From the human T2T-CHM13v2.0 reference genome, Homo sapiens, in the NCBI RefSeq assembly GCF_009914755.1, contig NC_060948.1: DNA of 64,000 nucleotides; one strand, 5' to 3'. Each line of letters starts with the position of its first letter. Position 1 is the first letter of the stretch. The position numbers and the translations under genes are program-made. The notes beneath the pieces were generated by a model. The model was given only the letters and a program-made list of their open reading frames with translations, did no database searches and was not told the origin of the DNA. Shown here in pieces: positions 41,081 through 60,398 of the stretch.

Positions 41081-43204
41081 AGATCCATATTTTTTAAATG
41101 AAAAAAAATTTCAAAGGTACTCTGCTTGGTACAATAATCAAATGTATAAACTGAGGAATAAAACATAACCATGAAACCTACTTATAACTGCATATGGAAA
41201 ATACAGAGGATAATTTTTTAAATAACATATTTTGAAAGCCTTAACTAGTAATTTGAAGAGTTGGCATTTGAAAGGCCAGTATGAATATACCTTCAAAGCA
41301 GCAACACAGGTTCCCCATGAGAAAAAGCAAACACAGGGAAAACAAAAACACAAAGGTTCAATCTCTTCTGACCTTTGAAAGACACAGCACAGACAGTGGT
41401 CCTTAGGACGAAGAGCAGGAGACCCCTAATTCCGTCACCATGGCGATAGGGCATAAACATTGCTGGGTGAGGGCACAATCCACATTGTGAGGTCCAACTG
41501 CTGCCAGGAAGACAGGAGTGCTTTTACATAGACCGAAAGGTCATTGAAGGCTCAGAGTTTTCTTTCAAGAACTGAATCCCAAGCCCACACGTTATTAGGC
41601 TGCGCTTCTTAAAACAAGTTATGAGATGGGAAAAAGGGCACCCACAAACATACGTATACATTATGTATATAATAATATACAGTATCATATATATAATATA
41701 TATAACCTATGTATAATATTGTTTTACATCCTGCATCTTATGTTATATATATTGTATAAAATATAATAATTGATAATATATAAGTTTTATAATTATACAA
41801 TATGACATATAGTATATATTATAATTTATGACATATATAATATATGTTATATGTCATATATAGAATATATTATACGGTTAATATACGTATTAAATATAAA
41901 TTATACATTATATATATTATATATAATATATCTGTTATATATAATACCCATTATGAATAATATATATATTATGTCTATGTTATATATAGTATAAAACAAC
42001 ATATAATAATATATAATTGTATATATAAAATGCGACATATAATATATATTATATTTTATAACATATGTAATATATATTATATATTATATATAATACGTTG
42101 TATGTATAATACCTATATTAAATATATATTATATGACTATGTTATTAATTACATGTCACATGTGTTATATATTATATATTTTACATAGAATATACCGGTT
42201 ACATACAATATATACTATGTTACCTATAATGTATAATTTATTACATGTAAAATAAATAATGCAATATATTATGTATAATTTATAATATACCATATGTGGA
42301 ATGTGATATATATAACATATAATATATGATATATGATATACAGTATATGATATATAACATACAATATATGATTCCTAATATATATGGTATACAATATATA
42401 TTTTATGATATGTATTCTATATGTTTTATATTCTGTTATATATAACTATTTGAAATTATATATAACTGTATAATATTTTATGTAAATATGTAATATAATA
42501 TATATAACTATATAATATATTATATATAACTATATATTATGTTATATATACTTTTATAACATAATTTACATAAAATATCATAATATAATATATATTATAT
42601 TATTTCATATTACATAATATATATTACATATCACCCAATATAACTAACATACATAATAGTATAATATAGATTATATTGTGTTATATTAAATATCATATAT
42701 ATCATGTATCATATATTCTATAATATATATTACACATTATATAATATGTATGTTGTCTATTATGTGATATATATAACTATATATATAATTATATTTTTAT
42801 ACATATAACTAGATAAACTTGTAATTCTACATATTTTCATTTATAATATGTAGAATTATATAATCATATATAATTATATTCTATAAAAAATTTTATCATT
42901 ATATAAATTATAATATATAAAAATTATAATATGTACTACAAATATATATATTATATATCATATATGATATAGTACCTTTGTTATATATCATAATACATAT
43001 AAATGTGTATTATGTTATCTATAATTATATAATTTCATATATAAGATGTATAATATGTATCATATATTATATATGTTATGTAATATATATAGTATATATA
43101 AGATGACACAGGATAAATATTATATACTATGACATATAAAATATATGAGGTTATATGTTACATATAAGGCATAGCACATAACATGTAATATATATCATAT
43201 ATAA

Positions 43205-43496
43205 TTTTTTTTTAGACAGAATCTTGTCCTGTTGCACAGGGTGGGGTACAATGGCGCCATCTTTGCTCACTGCAACTTCTGCCTCACGGGACCAAGCGAT
43301 TGTCCTCCCTCAGCCTCCCAGGTAGCTGGGACTACACCACACTGGGACTACACCAGCTGCCACCATGCCTAGCTAATTATATGGATTTTTAGTAGTGACA
43401 GCGTTTCACTGTATTGGCCAGGATGGTCTTGATCTCTTCACCTTGTGATCCCCTTGCCTTGGCCTCCAAATTTGCTGGGATTACAGGCCTGAGCCA
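43205..43496 (-). mobile_element. Diverged Alu fragment, DYZ2 unit 7
   Basis: Same reverse-complement Alu motifs. Confidence 0.92.
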
Positions 43497-45599
43497 AGAT
43501 CCATATTTTTTAAATGAAAAAAAATTTCAAAGGTACTCTGCTTGGTACAATAATCAAATGTATAAACTGAGGAATAAAACATAACCATGAAACCTACTTA
43601 TAACTGCATATGGAAAATACAGAGGATAATTTTTTAAATAACATATTTTGAAAGCCTTAACTAGTAATTTGAAGAGTTGGCATTTGAAAGGCCAGTATGA
43701 ATATACCTTCAAAGCAGCAACACAGGTTCCCCATGAGAAAAAGCAAGCACAGGGAAAACAAAAACACAAAGGTTCAATCTCTTCTGACCTTTGAAAGACA
43801 CAGCACAGACAGTGGTCCTTAGGACGAAGAGCAGGAGACCCCTAATTCCGTCACCATGGCGATAGGGCATAAACATTGCTGGGTGAGGGCACAATCCACA
43901 TTGTGAGGTCCAACTGCTGCCAGGAAGACAGGAGTGCTTTTACATAGACCGAAAGGTCATTGAAGGCTCAGAGTTTTGTTTCAAGAACTGAATCCCAAGC
44001 CCACACGTTATTAGGCTGCGCTTCTTAAAACAAGTTATGAGATGGGAAAAAGGGCACCCACAAACATATGTATACATTATGTATATAATAATATATAGTA
44101 TGATATATATAATATATATAACCTATGTATAATATTGTTTTACATCCTGCATCTTATGTTATATATATTTTATAAAATATAATAATTGATAATATATAAG
44201 TTTTATAATTATACAATATGACATATAGTATATATTATAATTTATGACATATATAATATATGTTATATGTCATATATAGAATATATTATACGGTTAATAT
44301 ACGTATTAAATATAAATTATACATTATATATATTATATATAATATATCTGTTATATATAATACCCATTATGCATAATATATATATTATGTCTATGTTATA
44401 TATAGTATAAAACAACATATAATAATATATAATTGTATATATAAAATGCGACATAGAATATATATTATATTTTATAACATATGTAATATATATTATATAT
44501 TATATATAATACGTTGTATGTATAATACCTATATTAAATGTATATTATATGACTATGTTATTAATTACATGTCACATGTGTTATATATTATATATTTTAC
44601 ATAGAATATACCGGTTACATACAATATATACTATGTTACCTATAATGTATAATTTATTACATGTAAAATAAAGACTGCAATATATTATGTATAATTTATA
44701 ATATACAATATGTGGAATGTGATATATACAACATATAATATATGATATATGATGTACAGTATATGATATATAACATACAATATATGATTCCTAATATATA
44801 TGGTATACAATATATATTTTATGATATGTATTCTATATGTTTTATATTCTGTTATATATAACTATTTGAAATTATATATAACTGTATAATATTTTATGTA
44901 AATATGTAATATAATATACATTAACTATATAATATCTTATATATAAATATATATTATGTTATATATACTTTTATAACATAATTTACATAAAATATAATAT
45001 AATATATATTATAATATTTCATATTACATAATATATATTACATATCACCCAATATAACTAACATACATAATATTATAATATAGATTATATTGTGTTATAT
45101 TAAATATCATATATATCATGTATCATATATTCTATAATATATATTACAGATTATATAATATGTATGTTGTCTATTATGTAATATATATCACTATATATAT
45201 AATTATATTTTTATACATATAACTAGATAAACATGTAATTCTACATATTTTCAGTTATAATATGTAGAATTATATAATCATATATAATTATTTATATTCT
45301 ATAAAAAATTTTATCATTATATAAATTATAATATATAAAAATTATAATATGTACTACAAATATATATATTATATATCATATATGATATAGTACCTTTGTT
45401 ATATATCATAATACATATAAATGTGTATTATGTTATCTATAATTATATAATTTCATATATAAGATGTATAATATGTATCATATATTATATATGTTATGTA
45501 ATATATATAGTATATATAAGATGACACAGGATAAATATTATATACTATGACATATTAAATATATGAGGTTATATGTTACATATAAGGCATAGCACATAA

Positions 45600-45914
<315 letters not shown>

Positions 45915-48012
45915 AGATCCATATTTTTTAAATGAAAAAAAATTTCAAAGGTACTCTGCTTGGTACACTAATCAAATGTATAAACTGAGGAATAAAACAT
46001 AACCATGAAACCTACTTATAACTGCATATGGAAAATACAGAGGATAATTTTTTAAATAACATATTTTGAAAGCCTTAACTAGTAATTTGAAGAGTTGGCA
46101 TTTGAAAGGCCAGTATGAATATACCTTCAAAGCAGCAACACAGGTTCCCCATGAGAAAAAGCAAACACAGGGAAAATAAAAACACAAAGGTTCAATCTCT
46201 TCTGACCTTTGAAAGACACAGCACAGACAGTGGTCCTTAGGACGAAGAGCAGGAGACCCCTAATTCCGTCACCATGGCGATAGGGCATAAACATTGCTGG
46301 GTGAGGGCACAATCCACATTGTGAGGTCCAACTGCTGCCAGGAAGACAGGAGTGCTTTTACATAGACCGAAAGGTCATTGAAGGCTCAGAGTTTTGTTTC
46401 AAGAACTGAATCCCAAGCCCACACGTTATTAGGCTGCGCTTCTTAAAACAAGTTATGAGATGGGAAAAAGGGCACCCACAAACATACGTATACATTATGT
46501 ATATAATAATATACAGTATCATATATATAATATATATAACCTATGTATAATATTGTTTTACATCCTGCATCTTATGTTATATATATTGTATAAAATATAA
46601 TAATTGATAATATATAAGTTGTATAATTATACAATATGACATATAGTATATATTATAATTTATGACATATATAATATATGTTATATATCATATATAGAAT
46701 ATATTATACGGTTAATATACGTATTAAATATAAATTATACATTATATATATTATATATAATATATCTGTTATATATAATACCCATTATGCATAATATATA
46801 TATTATGTCTATGTTATATATAGTATAAAACAACATATAATAATATATAATTGTATATATAAAATGCGACATATAATATATATTATATTTTATAACATAT
46901 ATAATATATATTATATATAATACGTTGTATGTATAATACCCATATTAAATATATATTATTTGACTATGTTATTAATTACATGTCACATGTGTTATATATT
47001 ATATATTTTACATAGAATATACCGGTTACATACAATATATACTATGTTACCTATAATGTATAATTTATTACATGTAAAATAAAGAATGCAATATATTATG
47101 TAAAATTTATAATATACAATATGTGGAATGTGATATATATAACATATAATATATGATATATGATATACAGTATATGATATAGAACATACAATATATGATT
47201 CCTAATATATATGGTATACAATATATATTTTATGATATGTATTCTATATGTTTTATATTCTGTTATATATAACTATTTGAAATTATATATAACTGTATAA
47301 TATTTTATGTAAATATGTAATATAATATATATAACTATATAATATATTATATATAACTATATATTATGTTATATATACTTTTATAACATAATTTACATAA
47401 AATATCATAATATAATATATATTATATTATTTCATATTACATAATATATATTACATATCACCCAATATAACTAACATACATAATAGTATAATATAGATTA
47501 TATTATGTTATATTAAATATCATATATATCATGTATCATATATTCTATAATATATATTACACATTATATAATATGTATGTTGTCTATTATGTGATATATA
47601 TAACTATATATATAATTATATTTTTATACATATAACTAGATAAACATGTAATTCTACATATTTTCATTTATAATATGTAGAATTATATAATCATATATAA
47701 TTATTTATATTCTATAAAAAATTTTATCATTATATAAATTATAATATATAAAAATTATAATATGTACTAGAAATATATATATTATATATCATATATGATA
47801 TAGTACCTTTGTTATATATCATAATACATATAAATGTGTATTATGTTATCTATAATTATATAATTTCATATATAAGATGTATAATATGTATCATATATTA
47901 TATATGTTATGTAATATATATAGTATATATAAGATGACACAGGATAAATATTATATACTATGACATATAAAATATATGAGGTTATATGTTACATATAAGG
48001 CATAGCACATAA

Positions 48013-48327
<315 letters not shown>

Positions 48328-50425
48328 AGATCCATATTTTTTAAATGAAAAAAAATTTCAAAGGTACTCTGCTTGGTACAATAATCAAATGTATAAACTG
48401 AGGAATAAAACATAACCATGAAACCTACTTATAACTGCATATGGAAAATACAGAGGATAATTTTTTAAATAACATATTTTGAAAGCCTTAACTAGTAATT
48501 TGAAGAGTTGGCATTTGAAAGGCCAGTATGAATATACCTTCAAAGCAGCAACACAGGTTCCCCATGAGAAAAAGCAAACACAGGGAAAATAAAAACACAA
48601 AGGTTCAATCTCTTCTGACCTTTGAAAGACACAGCACAGACAGTGGTCCTTAGGACGAAGAGCAGGAGACCCCTAATTCCGTCACCATGGCGATAGGGCA
48701 TAAACATTGCTGGGTGAGGGCACAATCCATATTGTGAGGTCCAACTGCTGCCAGGAAGACAGGAGTGCTTTTACATAGACCGAAAGGTCATTGAAGGCTC
48801 AGAGTTTTGTTTCAAGAACTGAATTCCAAGCCCACACGTTATTAGGCTGCGCTTCTTAAAACAAGTTATGAGATGGGAAAAAGGGCACCCACAAACATAC
48901 GTATACATTATGTATATAATAATATACAGTATCATATATATAATATATATAACCTATGTATAATATTGTTTTACATCCTGCATCTTATGTTATATATATT
49001 GTATAAAATATAATAATTGATAATATATAAGTTTTATAATTATACAATATGACATATAGTATATATTATAATTTATGACATATATAATATATGTTATATA
49101 TCATATATAGAATATATTATACGGTTAATATACGTATTAAATATAAATTATACATTATATATATTATATATAATATATCTGTTATATATAATACCCATTA
49201 TGCATAATATATATATTATATCTATGTTATATATAGTATAAAACAACATATAATAATATATAATTGTATATATAAAATGCGACATATAATATATATTATA
49301 TTTTATAACATATGTAATATATATTATATATAATACGTTGTATGTATAATACCTATATTAAATATATATTATATGACTATGTTATTAATTACATGTCACA
49401 TGTGTTATATATTATATATTTTACATAGAATATACCGGTTACATACAATATATACTATGTTACCTATAATGTATAATTTATTACATGTAAAATAAAGAAT
49501 GCAATATATTATGTAAAATTTATAATATACAATATGTGGAATGTGATATATATAACATATAATATATGATATATGATATACAGTATATGATATATAACAT
49601 ACAATATATGATTCCTAATATATATGGTATACAATATATATTTTATGATATGTATTCTATATGTTTTATATTCTGTTATATTTAACTATTTGAAATTATA
49701 TATAACTGTATAATATTTTATATAAATATGTAATATAATATATATAACTATATAATATATTATATATAACTATATATTATGTTATATATACTTTTATAAC
49801 ATAATTTACATAAAATATCATAATATAATATATATTATATTATTTCATATTACATAATATATATTACATATCACCCAATATAACTAACATACATAATATT
49901 ATAATATAGATTATATTGTGTTATATTAAATATCATATATATCATGTATCATATATTCTATAATATATATTACACATTATATAATATGTATGTTGTCTAT
50001 TATGTGATATATATAACTATATATATAATTATATTTTTATACATATACCTAGATAAACATGTAATTCTACATATTTTCAGTTATAATATGTAGAATTATA
50101 TAATCATATATAATTATTTATATTCTATAAAAAATTTTATCATTATATAAATTATAATATATAAAAATTATAATATGTACTACAAATATATATATTATAT
50201 ATCATATATGATATAGTACCTTTGTTATATATCATAATACATATAAATGTGTATTATGTTATCTATAATTATATAATTTCATATATAAGATGTATAATAT
50301 GTATCATATATTATATATGTTATGTAATATATATAGTATATATAAGATGACACAGGATAAATATTATATACTATGACATATTAAATATATGAGGTTATAT
50401 GTTACATATAAGGCATAGCACATAA

Positions 50426-50740
<315 letters not shown>

Positions 50741-52838
50741 AGATCCATATTTTTTAAATGAAAAAAAATTTCAAAGGTACTCTGCTTGGTACAATAATCA
50801 AATGTATAAACTGAGGAATAAAACATAACCATGAAACCTACTTATAACTGCATATGGAAAATACAGAGGATAATTTTTTAAATAACATATTTTGAAAGCC
50901 TTAACTAGTAATTTGAAGAGTTGGCATTTGAAAGGCCAGTATGAATATACCTTCAAAGCAGCAACACAGGTTCCCCATGAGAAAAAGCAAACACAGGGAA
51001 AATAAAAACACAAAGGTTCAATCTCTTCTGACCTTTGAAAGACACAGCACAGACAGTGGTCCTTAGGACGAAGAGCAGGAGACCCCTAATTCCGTCACCA
51101 TGGCGATAGGGCATAAACATTGCTGGGTGAGGGCACAATCCATATTGTGAGGTCCAACTGCTGCCAGGAAGACAGGAGTGCTTTTACATAGACCGAAAGG
51201 TCATTGAAGGCTCAGAGTTTTGTTTCAAGAACTGAATTCCAAGCCCACACGTTATTAGGCTGCGCTTCTTAAAACAAGTTATGAGATGGGAAAAAGGGCA
51301 CCCACAAACATACGTATACATTATGTATATAATAATATACAGTATCATATATATAATATATATAACCTATGTATAATATTGTTTTACATCCTGCATCTTA
51401 TGTTATATATATTGTATAAAATATAATAATTGATAATATATAAGTTTTATAATTATACAATATGACATATAGTATATATTATAATTTATGACATATATAA
51501 TATATGTTATATATCATATATAGAATATATTATACGGTTAATATACGTATTAAATATAAATTATACATTATATATATTATATATAATATATCTGTTATAT
51601 ATAATACCCATTATGCATAATATATATATTATATCTATGTTATATATAGTATAAAACAACATATAATAATATATAATTGTATATATAAAATGCGACATAT
51701 AATATATATTATATTTTATAACATATGTAATATATATTATATATAATACGTTGTATGTATAATACCTATATTAAATATATATTATATGACTATGTTATTA
51801 ATTACATGTCACATGTGTTATATATTATATATTTTACATAGAATATACCGGTTACATACAATATATACTATGTTACCTATAATGTATAATTTATTACATG
51901 TAAAATAAAGAATGCAATATATTATGTAAAATTTATAATATACAATATGTGGAATGTGATATATATAACATATAATATATGATATATGATATACAGTATA
52001 TGATATATAACATACAATATATGATTCCTAATATATATGGTATACAATATATATTTTATGATATGTATTCTATATGTTTTATATTCTGTTATATTTAACT
52101 ATTTGAAATTATATATAACTGTATAATATTTTATATAAATATGTAATATAATATATATAACTATATAATATATTATATATAACTATATATTATGTTATAT
52201 ATACTTTTATAACATAATTTACATAAAATATCATAATATAATATATATTATATTATTTCATATTACATAATATATATTACATATCACCCAATATAACTAA
52301 CATACATAATATTATAATATAGATTATATTGTGTTATATTAAATATCATATATATCATGTATCATATATTCTATAATATATATTACACATTATATAATAT
52401 GTATGTTGTCTATTATGTGATATATATAACTATATATATAATTATATTTTTATACATATACCTAGATAAACATGTAATTCTACATATTTTCAGTTATAAT
52501 ATGTAGAATTATATAATCATATATAATTATTTATATTCTATAAAAAATTTTATCATTATATAAATTATAATATATAAAAATTATAATATGTACTACAAAT
52601 ATATATATTATATATCATATATGATATAGTACCTTTGTTATATATCATAATACATATAAATGTGTATTATGTTATCTATAATTATATAATTTCATATATA
52701 AGATGTATAATATGTATCATATATTATATATGTTATGTAATATATATAGTATATATAAGATGACACAGGATAAATATTATATACTATGACATATTAAATA
52801 TATGAGGTTATATGTTACATATAAGGCATAGCACATAA

Positions 52839-53153
<315 letters not shown>

Positions 53154-55274
53154 AGATCCATATTTTTTAAATGAAAAAAAATTTCAAAGGTACTCTGCTT
53201 GGTACAATAATCAAATGTATAAACTGAGGAATAAAACATAACCATGAAACCTACTTATAACTGCATATGGAAAATACAGAGGATAATTTTTTAAATAACA
53301 TATTTTGAAAGCCTTAACTAGTAATTTGAAGAGTTGGCATTTGAAAGGCCAGTATGAATATACCTTCAAAGCAGCAACACAGGTTCCCCATGAGAAAAAG
53401 CAAACACAGGGAAAATAAAAACACAAAGGTTCAATCTCTTCTGACCTTTGAAAGACACAGCACAGACAGTGGTCCTTAGGACGAAGAGCAGGAGACCCCT
53501 AATTCCGTCACCATGGCGATAGGGCATAAACATTGCTGGGTGAGGGCACAATCCACATTGTGAGGTCCAACTGCTGCCAGGAAGACAGGAGTGCTTTTAC
53601 ATAGACCGAAAGGTCATTGAAGGCTCAGAGTTTTGTTTCAAGAACTGAATCCCAAGCCCACACGTTATTAGGCTGCGCTTCTTAAAACAAGTTATGAGAT
53701 GGGAAAAAGGGCACCCACAAACATACGTATACATTATGTATATAATAATATACAGTATCATATATATAATATATATAACCTATGTATAATATTGTTTTAC
53801 ATCCTGCATCTTATGTTATATATATTGTATAAAATATAATAATTGATAATATATAAGTTTTATAATTATACAATATGACATATAGTATATATTATAATTT
53901 ATGACATATATAATATATGTTATATATCATATGTAGAATATATTATACGGTTAATATACGTATTAAATATAAATTATACATTATATATATTATATAAAAT
54001 ATATCTGTTATATATAATACCCATTATGCATAATATATATATTATGTCTATGTTATATATAGTATAAAACAACATATAATAATATATAATTGTATATATA
54101 AAATGCGACATATAATATATATTATATTTTATAACATATGTAATATATATTATATATAATACGTTGTATGTATAATACCTATATTAAATATATATTATAT
54201 GACTATGTTATTAATTACATGTCACATGTGTTATATATTATATATTTTACATAGAATATACCGGTTACATACAATATATACTATGTTACCTATAATGTAT
54301 AATTTATTACATGTAAAATAAAGAATGCAATATATTATGTAAAATTTATAATATAAAATATGTGGAATGTGATATATATAACATATAATATATGATATAT
54401 GATATACAGTATATGATATATAACATACAATATATGATTCCTAATATATATGGTATACAATATATATTTTATGATATGTATTCTATATGTTTTATATTCT
54501 GTTATATTTAACTATTTGAAATTATATATAACTGTATAATATTTTATATAAATATGTAATATAATATATATAACTATATAATATATTATATATAACTATA
54601 TATTATGTTATATATACTTTTATAACATAATTTACATAAAATATCATAATATAATATATATTTTATTATTTCATATTACATAATATATATTACATATCAC
54701 CCAATATAACTAACATACATAATATTATAATATAGATTATATTGTGTTATATTAAATATCATATATATCATGTATCATATATTCTATAATATATATTACA
54801 CATTATATAATATGTATGTTGTCTATTATGTGATATATATAACTATATATATAATTATATTTTTATACATATACCTAGATAAACATGTAATTCTACATAT
54901 TTTCAGTTATAATATGTAGAATTATATAATCATATATAATTATTTATATTTCATAAAAAATTTTATCATTATATAAATTATAATATATAAAAATTATAAT
55001 ATGTACTACAAATATATATATTATATATCATATATGATATAGTACCTTTGTTATATATCATAATACATATAAATGTGTATTATGTTATCTATAATTATAT
55101 AATTTCATATATAAGATGTATAATATGTATCATATATTATATATGTTATGTAATATATATAGTATATATAAGATGACACAGGATAAATATTATATACTAT
55201 GACATATTAAATATATGAGGTTATATGTTACATATAAGGCATAGCACATAACATGTAATATATATCATATATAA

Positions 55275-55566
55275 TTTTTTTTTAGACAGAATCTTGTCCT
55301 GTTGCACAGTGTGGGGTACAATGGCGCCATCTTTGCTGACTGCAAATTCTGCCTCACGGATCCAAGCGATTGTCCTCCCTCAGCCTCCCAGGTAGCTGGG
55401 ACTAAACCACACTGGGACTACACCAGCTGCCACCATGCCTAGCTAATTTTTTGGATTTTTAGTAGTGACAGCGTTTCACTGTATTGGCCAGGATGGTCTT
55501 GATCTCTTCACCTTGTGATCCCCTTGCCTTGGCCTCCAAATTTGCTGGGATTACAGGCCTGAGCCA
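55275..55566 (-). mobile_element. Diverged Alu fragment, DYZ2 unit 12
   Basis: Same reverse-complement Alu motifs. Carries five private substitutions. Confidence 0.92.
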
Positions 55567-57664
55567 AGATCCATATTTTTTAAATGAAAAAAAATTTCAA
55601 AGGTACTCTGCTTGGTACAATAATCAAATGTATAAACTGAGGAATAAAACATAACCATGAAACCTACTTATAACTGCATATGGAAAATACAGAGGATAAT
55701 TTTTTAAATAACATATTTTGAAAGCCTTAACTAGTAATTTGAAGAGTTGGCATTTGAAAGGCCAGTATGAATATACCTTCAAAGCAGCAACACAGGTTCC
55801 CCATGAGAAAAAGCAAACACAGGGAAAATAAAAACACAAAGGTTCAATCTCTTCTGACCTTTGAAAGACACAGCACAGACAGTGGTCCTTAGGACGAAGA
55901 GCAGGAGACCCCTAATTCCGTCACCATGGCGATAGGGCATAAACATTGCTGGGTGAGGGCACAATCCACATTGTGAGGTCCAACTGCTGCCAGGAAGACA
56001 GGAGTGCTTTTACATAGACCGAAAGGTCATTGAAGGCTCAGAGTTTTGTTTCAAGAACTGAATCCCAAGCCCACACGTTATTAGGCTGCGCTTCTTAAAA
56101 CAAGTTATGAGATGGGAAAAAGGGCACCCACAAACATACGTATACATTATGTATATAATAATATACAGTATCATATATATAATATATATAACCTATGTAT
56201 AATATTGTTTTACATCCTGCATCTTATGTTATATATATTGTACAAAATATAATAATTGATAATATATAAGTTTTATAATTATACAATATGACATATAGTA
56301 TATATTATAATTTATGACATATATAATATATGTTATATATCATATATAGAATATATTATACGGTTAATATACGTATTAAATATAAATTATACATTATATA
56401 TATTATATATAATATATCTGTTATATATAATACCCATTATGCATAATATATATATTATGTCTATGTTATATATAGTATAAAACAACATATAATAATATAT
56501 AATTGTATATATAAAATGCGACATATAATATATATTATATTTTATAACATATGTAATATATATTATATATAATACGTTGTATGTATAATACCTATATTAA
56601 ATATATATTATATGACTATGTTATTAATTACATGTCACATGTGTTATATATTATATATTTTACATAGAATATACCGGTTACATACAATATATACTATGTT
56701 ACCTATAATGTATAATTTATTACATGTAAAATAAAGACTGCAATATATTATGTATAATTTATAATATACAATATGTGGAATGTGATATATATAACATATA
56801 ATATATGATATATGATATACAGTATATGATATATAACATACAATATATGATTCCTAATATATATGGTATACAATATATATTTTATGATATGTATTCTATA
56901 TGTTTTATATTCTGTTATATATAACTATTTGAAATTATATATAACTGTATAATATTTTATGTAAATATGTAATATAATATATATAACTATATAATATATT
57001 AGATATAACTATATATTATGTTATATATACTTTTATAACATAATTTACATAAAATATCATAATATAATATATATTATATTATTTCATATTACATAATATA
57101 TATTACATATCACCCAATATAACTAACATACATAATATTATAATATAGATTATATTGTGTTATATTAAATATCATATATATCATGTATCATATATTCTAT
57201 AATATATATTACACGTTATATAATATGTATGTTGTCTATTATGTGATATATATAACTATATATATAATTATATTTTTATACATATAACTAGATAAACATG
57301 TAATTCTACATATTTTCATTTATAATATGTAGAATTATATAATCATATATAATTATTTATATTCTATAAAAAATTTTATCATTATATAAATTATAATATA
57401 TAAAAATTATAATATGTACTACAAATATATATATTATATATCATATATGATATAGTACCTTTGTTATATATCATAATACATATAAATGTGTATTATGTTA
57501 TCTATAATTATATAATTTCATATATAAGATGTATAATATGTGTCATATATTATATATGTTATGTAATATATATAGTATATATAAGATGACACAGGATAAA
57601 TATTATATACTATGACATATAAAATATATCAGGTTATATGTTACATATAAGGCATAGCACATAA

Positions 57665-57979
<315 letters not shown>

Positions 57980-60083
57980 AGATCCATATTTTTTAAATGA
58001 AAAAAAATTTCAAAGGTACTCTGCTTGGTACAATAATCAAATGTATAAACTGAGGAATAAAACATAACCATGAAACCTACTTATAACTGCATATGGAAAA
58101 TACAGAGGATAATTTTTAAATAACATATTTTGAAAGCCTTAACTAGTAATTTGAAGAGTTGGCATTTGAAAGGCCAGTATGAATATACCTTCAAAGCAGC
58201 AACACAGGTTCCCCATGAGAAAAAGCAAACACAGGGAAAATAAAAACACAAAGGTTCAATCTCTTCTGACCTTTGAAAGACACAGCACAGACAGTGGTCC
58301 TTAGGACGAAGAGCAGGAGACCCCTAATTCCGTCACCATGGCGATAGGGCATAAACATTGCTGGGTGAGGGCACAATCCACATTGTGAGGTCCAACTGCT
58401 GCCAGGAAGACAGGAGTGCTTTTACATAGACCGAAAGGTCATTGAAGGCTCAGAGTTTTGTTTCAAGAACTGAATCCCAAGCCCACACGTTATTAGGCTG
58501 CGCTTCTTAAAACAAGTTATGAGATGGGAAAAAGGGCACCCACAAACATACGTATACATTATGTATATAATAATATACAGTATCATATATATAATATATA
58601 TAACCTATGTATAATATTGTTTTACATCCTGCATCTTATGTTATATATATTGAATAAAATATAATAATTGATAATATATAAGTTTTATAATTATACAATA
58701 TGACATATAGTATATATTATAATTTATGACATATATAATATATGTTATATATCATATATAGAATATATTATACGGTTAATATACGTATTAAATATAAATT
58801 ATACATTATATATATTATATATAATATATCTGTTATATATAATACCCATTATGCATAATATATATATTATGTCTATGTTATCTATAGTATAAAACAACAT
58901 ATAATAATATATAATTGTATATATAAAATGCGACATATAATATATATTATATTTTATAACATATGTAATATATATTATATATTATATATAATACGTTGTA
59001 TGTATAATACCTATATTAAATATATATTATATGACTATGTTATTAATTACATGTCACATGTGTTATATATTATATATTTTACATAGAATATACCGGTTAC
59101 ATACAATATATACTATGTTACCTATAATGTATAATTTATTACATGTAAAATAAATAATGCAATATATTATGTATAATTTATAATATACCATATGTGGAAT
59201 GTGATATATATAACATATAATATATGATATATGATATACAGTATATGATATATAACATACAATATATGATTCCTAATATATATGGTATACAATATATATT
59301 TTATGATAAGTATTCTATATGTTTTATATTCTGTTATATATAACTATTTGAAATTATATATAACTGTATAATATTTTATGTAAATATGTAATATAATATA
59401 TACAACTATATAATATATTATATATAACTATATATTATGTTATATATACTTTTATAACATAATTTACATAAAATATCATAATATAATATATATTATATTA
59501 TTTCATATTACATAATATATATTACATATCACCCAGTATAACTAACATACATAATATTATAATATAGATTATATTCTGTTATATTAAATATCATATATAT
59601 CATGTATCATATATTCTATAATATATATTACACATTATATAATATGTATGTTGTCTATTATGTGATATATATAACTATATATATAATTATATTTTTATAC
59701 ATATAACTAGATAAACATGTAATTCTACATATTTTCATTTATAATATGTAGAATTATATAATCATATATAATTATTTATATTCTATAAAAAATTTTATCA
59801 TTATATAAATTATAATATATAAAAATTATAATATGTACTACAAATATATATATTATATATCATATATGATATAGTACCTTTGTTATATATCATATTACAT
59901 ATAAATGTGTATTATGTTATCTATAATTATATAATTTCATATATAAGATGTATAATATGTATCATATATTATATATGTTATGTAATATATATAGTATATA
60001 TAAGATGACACAGGATAAATATTATATACTATGACATATAAAATATATGAGGTTATATGTTACATATAAGGCATAGCACATAA

Positions 60084-60398
<315 letters not shown>

